DNA of 64,000 nt from Thermoproteota archaeon (GTDB lineage Archaea; Asgardarchaeota; Njordarchaeia; Njordarchaeales; Panguiarchaeaceae). The notes under the pieces are model-generated. The model worked only from the letters and a program-made list of their open reading frames with translations, ran no database searches and was not told where the DNA came from. This document shows positions 40,628 to 49,193 of this stretch, one piece after another. Position 1 is the stretch's first letter; every line of letters starts with the position of its first letter. Location: the NCBI GenBank assembly GCA_024720975.1, contig JANJXX010000005.1:1-64000 (forward strand), read 5' to 3'. The translations under genes were made by a program, and so were the position numbers.

Positions 40628-40945
40628 ATGGCCGGAACAGAAGCTCCCACAATATATGTTGGAAAGAAGCCCATCGTTAGGTATCTAATGGCCGCGATTT
40701 CAATCCTATTGAATGAAAAGCCCGAAAAGCTCCGCATTAGTGCACGCGGGCGCATGATAAGCAAGGCTGTCGATGTAGCAGAAATGCTCAAAACACGCTA
40801 TTTGCCTGGGATAGTTGATATAGATGCGATAAAAACTGGTACAGAAGAACTTCAAGATCCCAACCAACCCGGTAGAGTTAACAGAGTCTCAACAATAGAA
40901 ATCACCCTAAGAAGAACCGGCGAAATAGGAATTTCTAGAAGATAA
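40628..40945 (+). CDS. albA: DNA/RNA-binding protein Alba
   Basis: IYVGKKP, ARGRMISKAVDVAE, VSTIEI. Confidence 0.93.
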   Translation: MAGTEAPTIYVGKKPIVRYLMAAISILLNEKPEKLRISARGRMISKAVDVAEMLKTRYLPGIVDIDAIKTGTEELQDPNQPGRVNRVSTIEITLRRTGEIGISRR

Positions 40946-41335
40946 AAACTAGCTTCTGTGCAGTCAGCCACTCTTTTTTCATTCCTCATTTATCAGACTA
41001 TTATATTAATTTCTGCTGCCTTCATCTATCGAACTAGGATGACGACCCAATCCTAGTAATCTAACAATAGTAATACGTCTAGAACCCTTAACTTTAGATT
41101 AACCACTCTCTAATGTGGGTATACTCCACTTCTCCGGCTATTGGTCGTTATTCCGGATGATATCCTACAGTTCATATCCTAATAGGAACCCAGCCAGCGC
41201 AAAGAAACTTTACCAGGCCGTGCCATAAGCTTTTATAATCATAGCCTTCCAGAGAGCGTAGTACCCTTGAAAAATCTCCAGCCTTTGGGTTAAAGCAAGG
41301 TATATATGCCTATAACTTAAGATAAAAAGTAACAA

Positions 41336-41661
41336 GACTGTGTCTTCCGTAAAAGTTTTTAAGCTGTTTTAGCTACTATAGGTACTTGGAATCAGATTCA
41401 AGTGCAAGAAATGCGGATTCGAGTTTAACTCACACTACGTAGCTTGCCTAAACCTCTTCTCTCGCCTCAATGACGGCGTGGTAGCCATCAGAGGCGGGAG
41501 GATATATGCATACCTCGAGGCGGGCTTAGTGGTGCCCGTCGATGTAGCTCCCGATGACCCTGCGATAGATGAGCAGGTGGCGAGGGAGAAGCCCGTGTCG
41601 ATAATACCCAAGATAATCAAAACACCTGAACAAACCCAAATAAGCGACACGGGCAACCACT
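41336..41661 (+). mobile_element. Non-autonomous tnpB-derived mini-element copy 2 (retains Zn-finger/RuvC-III remnant)
   Basis: From 41394 reads RFKCKKCGFEFNSHYVACLNLFSRLNDG, a TnpB-type C-terminus. Shares promoter and tail with copies 1 and 3; abuts the rps12 stop codon. Confidence 0.8.
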
Positions 41662-42102
41662 CTATCTCTTCTCTTTCTTCTTGCGGCCAGATACAAGCTC
41701 ATATAGGGATATTCCATTAACCTTAATTACACGGTATTTTACACCGGGAATATCGCCAAACGAGCGTCCACGAACTCCTCCTATGGGTTGAATTAGAACC
41801 TCATCATGCTCATCAATCATTAAAAGTCCACCGTCATAAGGTACAAAGGCAGTTACAATTTTCCCATTTTTCTTTAATTTTACCTTCACACACTTTCTAA
41901 GAGCGCCTGTTGGTTTTCGTGCCTCGACTCCAACTTTTTTGAGGACAATCCCTAACGCCTGCGGAGCTCCCTCAAGTGGATCAAACTTCTTCTTGAATCT
42001 TAGGACTCTCCTCTTATAATCGAGGTCAGCCCATCGTGCTTTACTCCTCTTTTTCCTCAGTATCCTTACTGCAAACTCTCCCCTTGGTGATTTCGTTACC
42101 AT
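41662..42102 (-). CDS. rps12: 30S ribosomal protein uS12
   Basis: [30 protein letters not shown]. Start set at ATG 42102 after GAGGAAGGAG. Confidence 0.95.
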   Translation of the reverse strand: MVTKSPRGEFAVRILRKKRSKARWADLDYKRRVLRFKKKFDPLEGAPQALGIVLKKVGVEARKPTGALRKCVKVKLKKNGKIVTAFVPYDGGLLMIDEHDEVLIQPIGGVRGRSFGDIPGVKYRVIKVNGISLYELVSGRKKKEKR

Positions 42103-42360
42103 TTCTCCTTCCTCATTCTTATACATGCTTGCTAGGTAGTACACTATCATTTCAGGCTTTTTAAGGTAAGTCATTGCTTCACCTGGTTTGAATATGACCT
42201 ATCAGCTATAGAGCTCAAGTAGATGGCTTAGTTTAAAGAACTTTAAAGTCGTGGTTACCTAAGATACCTTTCCTGCATTGAAGTAAGTCAGAAGAAGATA
42301 CCCTACTCTAGCTCACTCAATAATCAAGTTTCTCGGCAACCGCTAAGTCTACAAGTCTAA

Positions 42361-42420
42361 CTTAAAATTTCAAAATTCTTAGCAAAATTTCTTAAAAATT
42401 TCAAAAATTTCTTTTAAAAA
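42361..42420. repeat. Phased AAAATTTC repeats upstream of secreted protease gene
   Basis: Five imperfect AAAATT(T)C units at roughly 10-bp spacing. Confidence 0.6.
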
Positions 42421-42480
42421 AGCTTTTTCAACTATACTGTATCAGAATATTATTCCTGATAACTTCCCCAAGGCGATTCC

Positions 42481-44115
42481 ATGAAAGCGAAGGCAATAGC
42501 AATCCTAAGTTTCCTTCTAGTAGCCGCCCTTACTGCAATAAGTGTAAGCACAGTCTACGCAAAAAGCTATAATAAAACGCTTCCCGATTTCTCTGATTTC
42601 CTAGAGTCTAGAGACGTGGCTGCTATAATTTACGAATTTGTAGGATCCCTCAGTGCTGGCAAGGAAACTCCCCAATACAGCTTCTCCGTCGACTCTACAG
42701 TTACTAAAATAGAAGTAACCCTCAATATGCCAAGTGGTACTGACTTTGACTTGTCCGTCTGGGATCCCCAAGGCAGGCGTACTGGAGGCTGGACTTCGAC
42801 GGATAAGTCTGTAAAAACTCAGATTCCAAATTCGAAATATTCAGGAGACTCAGCGAATCCTGAGTGGGTCACTGTAAGTCCTCCTGCAAGTACAGGTACT
42901 TGGAAGACTAGTTGTTATGCGTACTCAGGTTCTGGCAACTTCAAGATCACAGTAAAACTGTACGTCACGTCAACAAGCCAGTATAAGTACATATTCTCGG
43001 GCTCAGTTAGCAGTGGCAAGGATAGCACGCAACACTCATTTAGTGTTCCATCTACAGCGACCAAAGTTGAAGTAACCCTTAATATGCCAAGTGGTACTGA
43101 CTTTGACCTATCAGTTTGGGATGCTCAAAACAGGCGTACTGGAGGCTGGACTTCGACGGATAAGTCTGTGAAAAATCAAATTCCAAACGCGCAGTACTCA
43201 GGATACTCAGCGAATCCCGAGAAGATTACCGTAAGCCCTATAGACTCCACGTCAGTTGGTACTTGGAAGACCAGTTGCTATGCATACTCAGGTTCTGGAA
43301 CATACACAATAACAGCCGTGGTCACTCTGTCTACTAGCAACGGTGGTGGAAGTAGTGGAGGCAGTAATGGAGGTAGCAGTGGAAGTGGCGATGGTGTAGT
43401 TAGAAAGTGGGCTGTGATAGTTGGTATATCTGACTATAAGGCAATCTCAGACTTGTCATACTGTGATGAGGATGCAACGGATTGGTATAACTTCTTAACA
43501 GGAAAACTCGGCTGGCCCTCCTCGAACATCAAAGTTTATGGAGATGGCAGTAGTAGCAGTTATTATCCAAAGTATGATGGTAAGGCGACGGAGTATAACG
43601 TCAAGCAGGCATTGAACTGGCTCGTAACAACGGCTGATGCCGATGATATAATCGCATTCATATCATCCGGACACGGAAGTGGAGACGGTAAAGGAAACTC
43701 ATACCTCTGCATGTGGGACAGTGGAGCTGGCGAGAACGGTCAAGATGGAAATCTCTGGGATTACGAGCTAGCAGCAATACTCAAGAATGCAATTGCCGCT
43801 AAAATATTCGTATTCCTGGACCATTGCTACTCCGGTGGATTTGGAAACGACTTAATGAGCATGCCCAATAGTGCTAGAGTATACCTGACGACAACATGTA
43901 CTGAAAAAGGATATGGATATGATGATCCAAATCACAAAAACGGTGCATGGACATATTACTTCCTAGAGTACTCATGGATAGGAAAATATGGAGGATCCCC
44001 AGACGTAGCTCTAGAAGATGTATACGCATACGCTAAAAGTGCATACCCATACAGTGGAGGCGACGCACCACAGCAATTCGATGGAAACCCCAACAGTCCA
44101 TTCTACCTCAAATAG
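42481..44115 (+). CDS. Secreted caspase-family (clan CD, C14-like) protease with two PPC-like domains
   Basis: Signal peptide; two repeats with TDFDL/GTW; G/S linker; KWAVIVGISDY, SGHG, FLDHCYSG His-Cys dyad. Confidence 0.8.
   Translation: MKAKAIAILSFLLVAALTAISVSTVYAKSYNKTLPDFSDFLESRDVAAIIYEFVGSLSAGKETPQYSFSVDSTVTKIEVTLNMPSGTDFDLSVWDPQGRRTGGWTSTDKSVKTQIPNSKYSGDSANPEWVTVSPPASTGTWKTSCYAYSGSGNFKITVKLYVTSTSQYKYIFSGSVSSGKDSTQHSFSVPSTATKVEVTLNMPSGTDFDLSVWDAQNRRTGGWTSTDKSVKNQIPNAQYSGYSANPEKITVSPIDSTSVGTWKTSCYAYSGSGTYTITAVVTLSTSNGGGSSGGSNGGSSGSGDGVVRKWAVIVGISDYKAISDLSYCDEDATDWYNFLTGKLGWPSSNIKVYGDGSSSSYYPKYDGKATEYNVKQALNWLVTTADADDIIAFISSGHGSGDGKGNSYLCMWDSGAGENGQDGNLWDYELAAILKNAIAAKIFVFLDHCYSGGFGNDLMSMPNSARVYLTTTCTEKGYGYDDPNHKNGAWTYYFLEYSWIGKYGGSPDVALEDVYAYAKSAYPYSGGDAPQQFDGNPNSPFYLK
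42630..43330 (+). repeat. Intragenic tandem domain duplication (357-bp offset)
   Basis: GAAGTAACCCT(C/T)AATATGCCAAGTGGTACTGACTTTGAC at 42712 and 43069, plus further identical blocks. Boundaries approximate. Confidence 0.85.
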
Positions 44116-44395
44116 TATTTGATCCTTTCCTACATTCCTTTTTCTAGTCCTTTCTCCCCTCTGATTAAGTTTGTATCAGGAGTGCACTTACAAGGCTGCC
44201 TTCTCGGGTTTAGAAGTTTCTCAATCACTCATTACTGTTAATTGACTTAGCGCAGACTTATATCATGAGAATCGGAAGATTTGCAAAAATATTTCAAGAC
44301 TTAATTGCATTTGGAGAAAGGCTATAATGAAGTACCTTGGGTCTTCAATATAAGTGGATCAGTCCTTTACAAGAGACTTGTCGTCCGGGTTTAAT

Positions 44396-44797
44396 TTATC
44401 GCCTATGCTGTGTGGAGAATTTGTATGGTAGTAATCTAGAGAGTTCTAGTATTACAGGTTCTCCTTCCTCTGAGCAAATAATCACCTCAAAATTGTCGTC
44501 AACGAACTCACTCATGACCTGTCTACAGGCACCGCATGGGGATGGGTTGATGTCAGGTGAATATATGAGAATTCGGTAGAATTTCTTTGCCCCCTCTGAG
44601 ATGGCTTTAAAAAATGCTACCCTTTCAGCACATACGGTCAGTCCATATGATGCATTTTCTATATTGACTCCAACAAAGTAGCCTTTGTCTGTTTCAAGCA
44701 CAGCGGAAACTCTTATTCTAGAGTAGGGGGCGTATGAGTTCTGAATGTATTGTTTTGCAATTTCTAAAAATCTCTCAATAAAGAGTTCTCTAGCCAT
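44396..44797 (-). CDS. cdd: Cytidine deaminase
   Basis: SYAPYS, GVNIENASY, CAERVA, SPCGACRQ. Confidence 0.95.
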   Translation of the reverse strand: MARELFIERFLEIAKQYIQNSYAPYSRIRVSAVLETDKGYFVGVNIENASYGLTVCAERVAFFKAISEGAKKFYRILIYSPDINPSPCGACRQVMSEFVDDNFEVIICSEEGEPVILELSRLLPYKFSTQHRR

Positions 44798-45147
44798 CGG
44801 ATAACACCTTAGGTCTACTTTGATCATGAGAATGAATTTTTGTAAGGTCCTAGGAGGCGTATAAATCACTATTTTTGATTATTAGTCGTCACTTAATTTG
44901 AAATTGCGGGTAGCTTAACTTAGCTTCTCTCTAAAAGGTAAACGACTTTAAGCTAGGGCAAGCGAATGAGTATTAAAAACGTACTAATAATGACTAGCCG
45001 TTAAGTAAGTCAGATATCGTTAGAAGTCTTTAAAAAGTGAGAATGAGTAAATCTACTATATCGTGCTAATTGAATATGATATCCGATTATCTTCCTCAAC
45101 TCTAGCTTATAGGTATAGTCTACTTAATCTTCCACAGGAGGAGAGCT

Positions 45148-45543
45148 TTGAGTAGTGATATTCACGATAAGCTGCACGAAATTGCCAACTCATACGATAT
45201 AATATCACTCTACAGAATGGAAAAAGACGGGGAAGTCTTGCTCTATGTATTGACTTACGATGAGCTAAACTATGAGAAAAAGAAAGAGATCGAAAAAAGT
45301 TTAATCAGCTTATTTGAACCTACTAAATGCACTGTACTTTTTGTCTCAGATCTTCCTCCTCAGCATCTTAAACAAATGGTCGAGGGGTCAGAAATAATTT
45401 TCGTTCGTGACAAAAACTTGAGTGACTCAATACTAGCTGGAATACTTACTCTGAGTCTCGACTTTCAATACCTTGCAAACGAGGGAATGAGCCTAATACT
45501 GAGGAGAAAAATAGCTGAAGCTCTAACCTCACGCGGTGAATAG
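45148..45543 (+). CDS. Degenerate MNT (MntA-like) nucleotidyltransferase-fold protein
   Basis: Size and position upstream of HEPN; LFVSDLPP...IIFVRD...DFQ pattern; lacks GS and DxD. Confidence 0.5.
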   Translation: MSSDIHDKLHEIANSYDIISLYRMEKDGEVLLYVLTYDELNYEKKKEIEKSLISLFEPTKCTVLFVSDLPPQHLKQMVEGSEIIFVRDKNLSDSILAGILTLSLDFQYLANEGMSLILRRKIAEALTSRGE

Positions 45544-45970
45544 GATGTTAGAGAGTTTATCGAGCGACCCGCTAAAGAGAGCATGCAAGATCATTGATTG
45601 TGCTCTTGAAACTCTTAAAAAAGTTCTAGGAAAGAGTGATAGCGAGGTGCTTTCATCAGAGCTTGAAACTTATGCGCTTAAGGGCTCGGCATTGTCTCTT
45701 GTTCAAGGTTTTTTAGATCTTGCGAACTATCTATCCGCGATTAAAGAGTATCATCCACTGAACTACAGTGATATGATCTTGTACCTGATTCAGAATGATA
45801 TTGTTGATAAGGAATACGAGAAGCTTGCAATAAAATTGGTAGATTTAAGGAATAAGCTCTTATTTGTGAATAGTGGCGAATCCGTAGGGGATCTTCTCAA
45901 TTTCCTCCGCGAAAATCTTAAGCGAATAGAAGAATTGTGCAACTCCCTGATTAGAGCATGTCTCTCGTGA
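45536..45970 (+). CDS. Degenerate HEPN/DUF86 (HepT-like) protein
   Basis: VQGFLDLANYL, PLNYSDMI, LRNKLLF (His of RxxxxH replaced). Confidence 0.65.
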   Translation: MNRMLESLSSDPLKRACKIIDCALETLKKVLGKSDSEVLSSELETYALKGSALSLVQGFLDLANYLSAIKEYHPLNYSDMILYLIQNDIVDKEYEKLAIKLVDLRNKLLFVNSGESVGDLLNFLRENLKRIEELCNSLIRACLS

Positions 45971-45976
45971 AAGCGG

Positions 45977-46261
45977 TTGACTACTATGTCAAGAGGTAAA
46001 AAGGCAAGAATATGGGAGCGCCCACTTAGAATTGCTATTTTGGAAATTCTGGAGAGAAAGGGGGGTAGAATAACGGAGAAGGAACTCACGGATAAACTTA
46101 AGGAAATGTATACATCCATCTCAGAACATGAGATAAATGCTGAGTTAATGCATTTAGAATTAAACAGGCTAATCTATGTTGACTCATCTACGCCAACGAA
46201 TAAAGTAATAGAGCTTCTCACAGAAAAGAAATGGTTCAAAGCTATAGGGGGAACGGAGTGA
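45977..46261 (+). CDS. Small winged-helix protein
   Basis: AILEIL....G.ITEKEL...L...INAELMHLE....IYV. Confidence 0.6.
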   Translation: MTTMSRGKKARIWERPLRIAILEILERKGGRITEKELTDKLKEMYTSISEHEINAELMHLELNRLIYVDSSTPTNKVIELLTEKKWFKAIGGTE

Positions 46262-47268
46262 TTCCACGCAAATTACCTCTAGGGAAAGTGCCTATAGATG
46301 TTCTTAAAAGGCTACTAGAACTAGCGCCACTAAGCGAAGATGTGATCGTAGGACCAGGTATTGGAATAGATGCGGCGATCATGAGATCAGAAGACGATTA
46401 TATTATAGCTGCCTGTGATCCAATAACAGGTGCATCAAAAGAAATTGGCTGGCTATCGGTCCATGTAAACGCAAACGACATATACGCGAGTGCCGGAAAA
46501 CCTAGGTGGTACGTAGCAACTCTCCTTTTTCCCAAAGACTCAACAGAGGAGCAAATAGTAGCAATCATGCGGGGCATAAGAGAAGGTTTAGAAGAAACAG
46601 GCGCATCGCTTGTCGCTGGGCATACAGAGCTTACTAACAGAGTTACCGAAGCCATTGTTGTAGGAACAATGATAGGAAGTCCATTTATTCCGGGCAAGTA
46701 TATTTCAAATAGGAGTGCGAAAGTGGGGGATGCGATAATAATGACCAAAGGTGCTGGAATAGAGGGTACATGGATTCTACTGGAAGAAAGGGGTAGCGAA
46801 CTAGAACTACCCGCAAGAATCCTGAGTAAAATACCAGAACTTAAGAAAATGGTAAGTATCAGAAAGGACGTTCAAGCTCTCCTTAGAATAGGTATAAATA
46901 ATATTCATGCGATGCACGACGCCACTGAGGGAGGGGTCCTAGGAGCCATATATGAAGTATCGGAGGCGTCCAGGGTAGGCTTCGAAATTTATGAGGAGAG
47001 CATTATTGTTAGAGAAGAGACTCAAATACTGTCTGAGATTCTGGGCATAGACCCCCTTAAGTTGATATCATCTGGCACGCTTCTAGCTACCGTCGATAAG
47101 GACTATGCAGAGGATGCCATAAAAGTGCTTAAAAAGGAAGGCATAGATTCATCAGTAATAGGGTATATAAGGGAGAGCGACAGGATATTAGTTAAGAAGG
47201 CTGGTGAAAGACTGCGCATTTCATCGCCACCCACAGATGAACTTTGGAGAATAATTGGAAGCTGTTAA
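46258..47268 (+). CDS. AIR synthase / HypE-like family protein
   Basis: GPGIGIDAA, DPITG, NANDI, AGHTE, MHDATEGG, DELW. Confidence 0.88.
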   Translation: MIPRKLPLGKVPIDVLKRLLELAPLSEDVIVGPGIGIDAAIMRSEDDYIIAACDPITGASKEIGWLSVHVNANDIYASAGKPRWYVATLLFPKDSTEEQIVAIMRGIREGLEETGASLVAGHTELTNRVTEAIVVGTMIGSPFIPGKYISNRSAKVGDAIIMTKGAGIEGTWILLEERGSELELPARILSKIPELKKMVSIRKDVQALLRIGINNIHAMHDATEGGVLGAIYEVSEASRVGFEIYEESIIVREETQILSEILGIDPLKLISSGTLLATVDKDYAEDAIKVLKKEGIDSSVIGYIRESDRILVKKAGERLRISSPPTDELWRIIGSC

Positions 47269-48512
47269 AATTGGTTGCGATAATCGGCTTAGCAACACGT
47301 CTTCAGATAGATTCTGTTGAGAACCAATACGAATACATCAAGCAGAACTTAGCAGACTCATATGATGAAGACTTTGGTATTTTAACGAATGAAGCTTCAC
47401 TACGAAAACTCATCACGAGACTAAAGAATCACAACATTATAATATCAGTTGTGCTCACTGGTGGAACTAAAAAGCTGATAGTCAACCTGGGAAAGCTAAG
47501 GAAGCCTATGATTCTAGTATCAAATGACAAACAAAATGCACTTTCATCATCTTTGCATGCACTCTATATCCTTAGAGATCACAACAAAAAAATTCTACAC
47601 ATACAAGGCGACCTGAAGACGGTACCGTGGAATTCGGTAAGAAAAGTTATCTCAGGAATAAATGGACTATTATCAAACCCGGCAAGAAATATAGTACTTA
47701 TCGGCGTTTCTAGCAACTTTCTAGAGGAGGAAAAATATAACCTACATTCATTAAAAGATAAATTTGGCTTGTCCGTAAAAACGGTGTCTCTTAGGAAGTT
47801 TCTTAAGCAGTTAACGAAAGCTGAACCCGATGAAGGCGCTATATCAAAGATGTTAAAAATTCTAGAAAAAACGAAGACGGATGATATCTGCGAGAAGATA
47901 GCTAAAATTCACGCCGTTAGCAAACTGTTAATGAAGGGATCCATTGCTGGGGGAATCAGATGTTTTCCAATAATTTCAAAAGTTGGAGTAACTCCCTGCT
48001 TTGTTGTCTCTGATTTTCTTGATGAAGGAAAAATTTTCGGATGTGAAGCAGATTTAGCGGCTATAATATCAATGCTTCTAGCTAAGTACATAACCGGGGA
48101 GATACCATTTGTAGCAAATCCGATAACTCTAGAAAAAACTGGTAGACTAACTTTGGCTCATTGTACGGCCGCAACAAAGCTTTTTTCATCGGATGCGAAG
48201 TTATCCGAACATTTCGAATCAAAGAAAGGATATGCTGTGGAGGGAAGTTTTAGAGAGAACTCAACAATAACGCTTTTGAAAGTAGATCCCGGGTTTTCAA
48301 AACTCCTTTTGATCAGAGGACAAATTCTCGTCGGAAAGCGATTTTCCAACGAATTTTGTAGGAATCAAGTTGTAGTAGGCTTCGAGAAAGAGCCACTAAG
48401 AATACTTTCCGGAGAGTTTGCGCACCATTTGATAATGATATATGGGGATCATACAACCGAACTTAAATACGCGGCAGAACTATTAGGACTTGAACTCGTG
48501 AATTATTACTAA
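47244..48512 (+). CDS. L-fucose/L-arabinose isomerase-like family protein
   Basis: TGGT, RCF, TPC, GCEAD, AHCT, HFES, CRNQ, HH...YGD. Confidence 0.75.
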   Translation: MENNWKLLKLVAIIGLATRLQIDSVENQYEYIKQNLADSYDEDFGILTNEASLRKLITRLKNHNIIISVVLTGGTKKLIVNLGKLRKPMILVSNDKQNALSSSLHALYILRDHNKKILHIQGDLKTVPWNSVRKVISGINGLLSNPARNIVLIGVSSNFLEEEKYNLHSLKDKFGLSVKTVSLRKFLKQLTKAEPDEGAISKMLKILEKTKTDDICEKIAKIHAVSKLLMKGSIAGGIRCFPIISKVGVTPCFVVSDFLDEGKIFGCEADLAAIISMLLAKYITGEIPFVANPITLEKTGRLTLAHCTAATKLFSSDAKLSEHFESKKGYAVEGSFRENSTITLLKVDPGFSKLLLIRGQILVGKRFSNEFCRNQVVVGFEKEPLRILSGEFAHHLIMIYGDHTTELKYAAELLGLELVNYY

Positions 48513-48621
48513 CCACCTTCTTAGTTACTTAGAATAATTCTCGTCATGATTAAGAAATCAGTGGTAAGAGTTCCAAAAAAGTGGGAGAGTATTATTTTAG
48601 ATGCCAAGTGGTGTGGCTTCA

Positions 48622-48661
48622 ATGACCCCGAGGAGGATTGTAGTTGCCTCCTCGGGGCCAT
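48622..48661 (-). terminator. GC-rich hairpin immediately after the speD stop
   Basis: Perfect 11-bp arms CCCCGAGGAGG/CCTCCTCGGGG, extending to 15 bp with a G-U pair on the minus strand. Terminator role is inferred. Confidence 0.55.
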
Positions 48662-49020
48662 CAAGCACGTTGCTTTTCTGTGTGGGGCTCCCCCCGCATA
48701 AGAGTAATACTGAAATATTTTTCAGGCTTTAGCGATTCGATGATTAGCTGAGAGGCTTTGTGCGGGTCTATACCCCGACAAGTAAAGACGTCAACTGCAG
48801 CATAACAGAATTCAGGCCATGTATGTATTGAGAGATGCGACTCAGCTATAGCCACTATGCCCGTTACGCCTTGCGGATTAAACTTGTGAAAGTGATATGC
48901 AAGCACAGTACCGCCAGCCTCTTTACTGGCCCTTAAAAATAACTCTTCCAGAAACTCTTTGTCATTTAATAACTTCGGATCTACCCCATGTAGTTCTATA
49001 ATTATGTGTTTTCCCAGCAT
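48661..49020 (-). CDS. speD: Pyruvoyl-dependent S-adenosylmethionine decarboxylase proenzyme (SpeD/SpeH family)
   Basis: LGKH, FNPQGVT, AESHLSIHTWPE, DVFTC. Arginine-decarboxylase paralogue not excluded. Confidence 0.85.
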   Translation of the reverse strand: MLGKHIIIELHGVDPKLLNDKEFLEELFLRASKEAGGTVLAYHFHKFNPQGVTGIVAIAESHLSIHTWPEFCYAAVDVFTCRGIDPHKASQLIIESLKPEKYFSITLMRGEPHTEKQRA

Positions 49021-49193
49021 CTTCCACCGCCGGTGGATATATGCTTAGAGTTATTAGAGATATATTTAACTTAAAAAAGTGTAATTGCGTTACTCGTCTC
49101 GAAATTCATGCAACACAATAATTGTTTCTATATTGCTTAAAGAATCTTCTGTTGTTTAACCTAGGAAAAAAAGAATTACTGAGGTAATGCACA

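Noticed and set aside
40950-41335. Long intergenic region as a pseudogene or ncRNA
   Set aside because: Only an 8-bp hairpin (ACTAGGAT/ATCCTAGT) and broken frames; nothing assignable.
42103-42174. 24-aa N-terminal extension on uS12
   Set aside because: ATG 42102 has a good purine-rich SD and matches the usual protein length.
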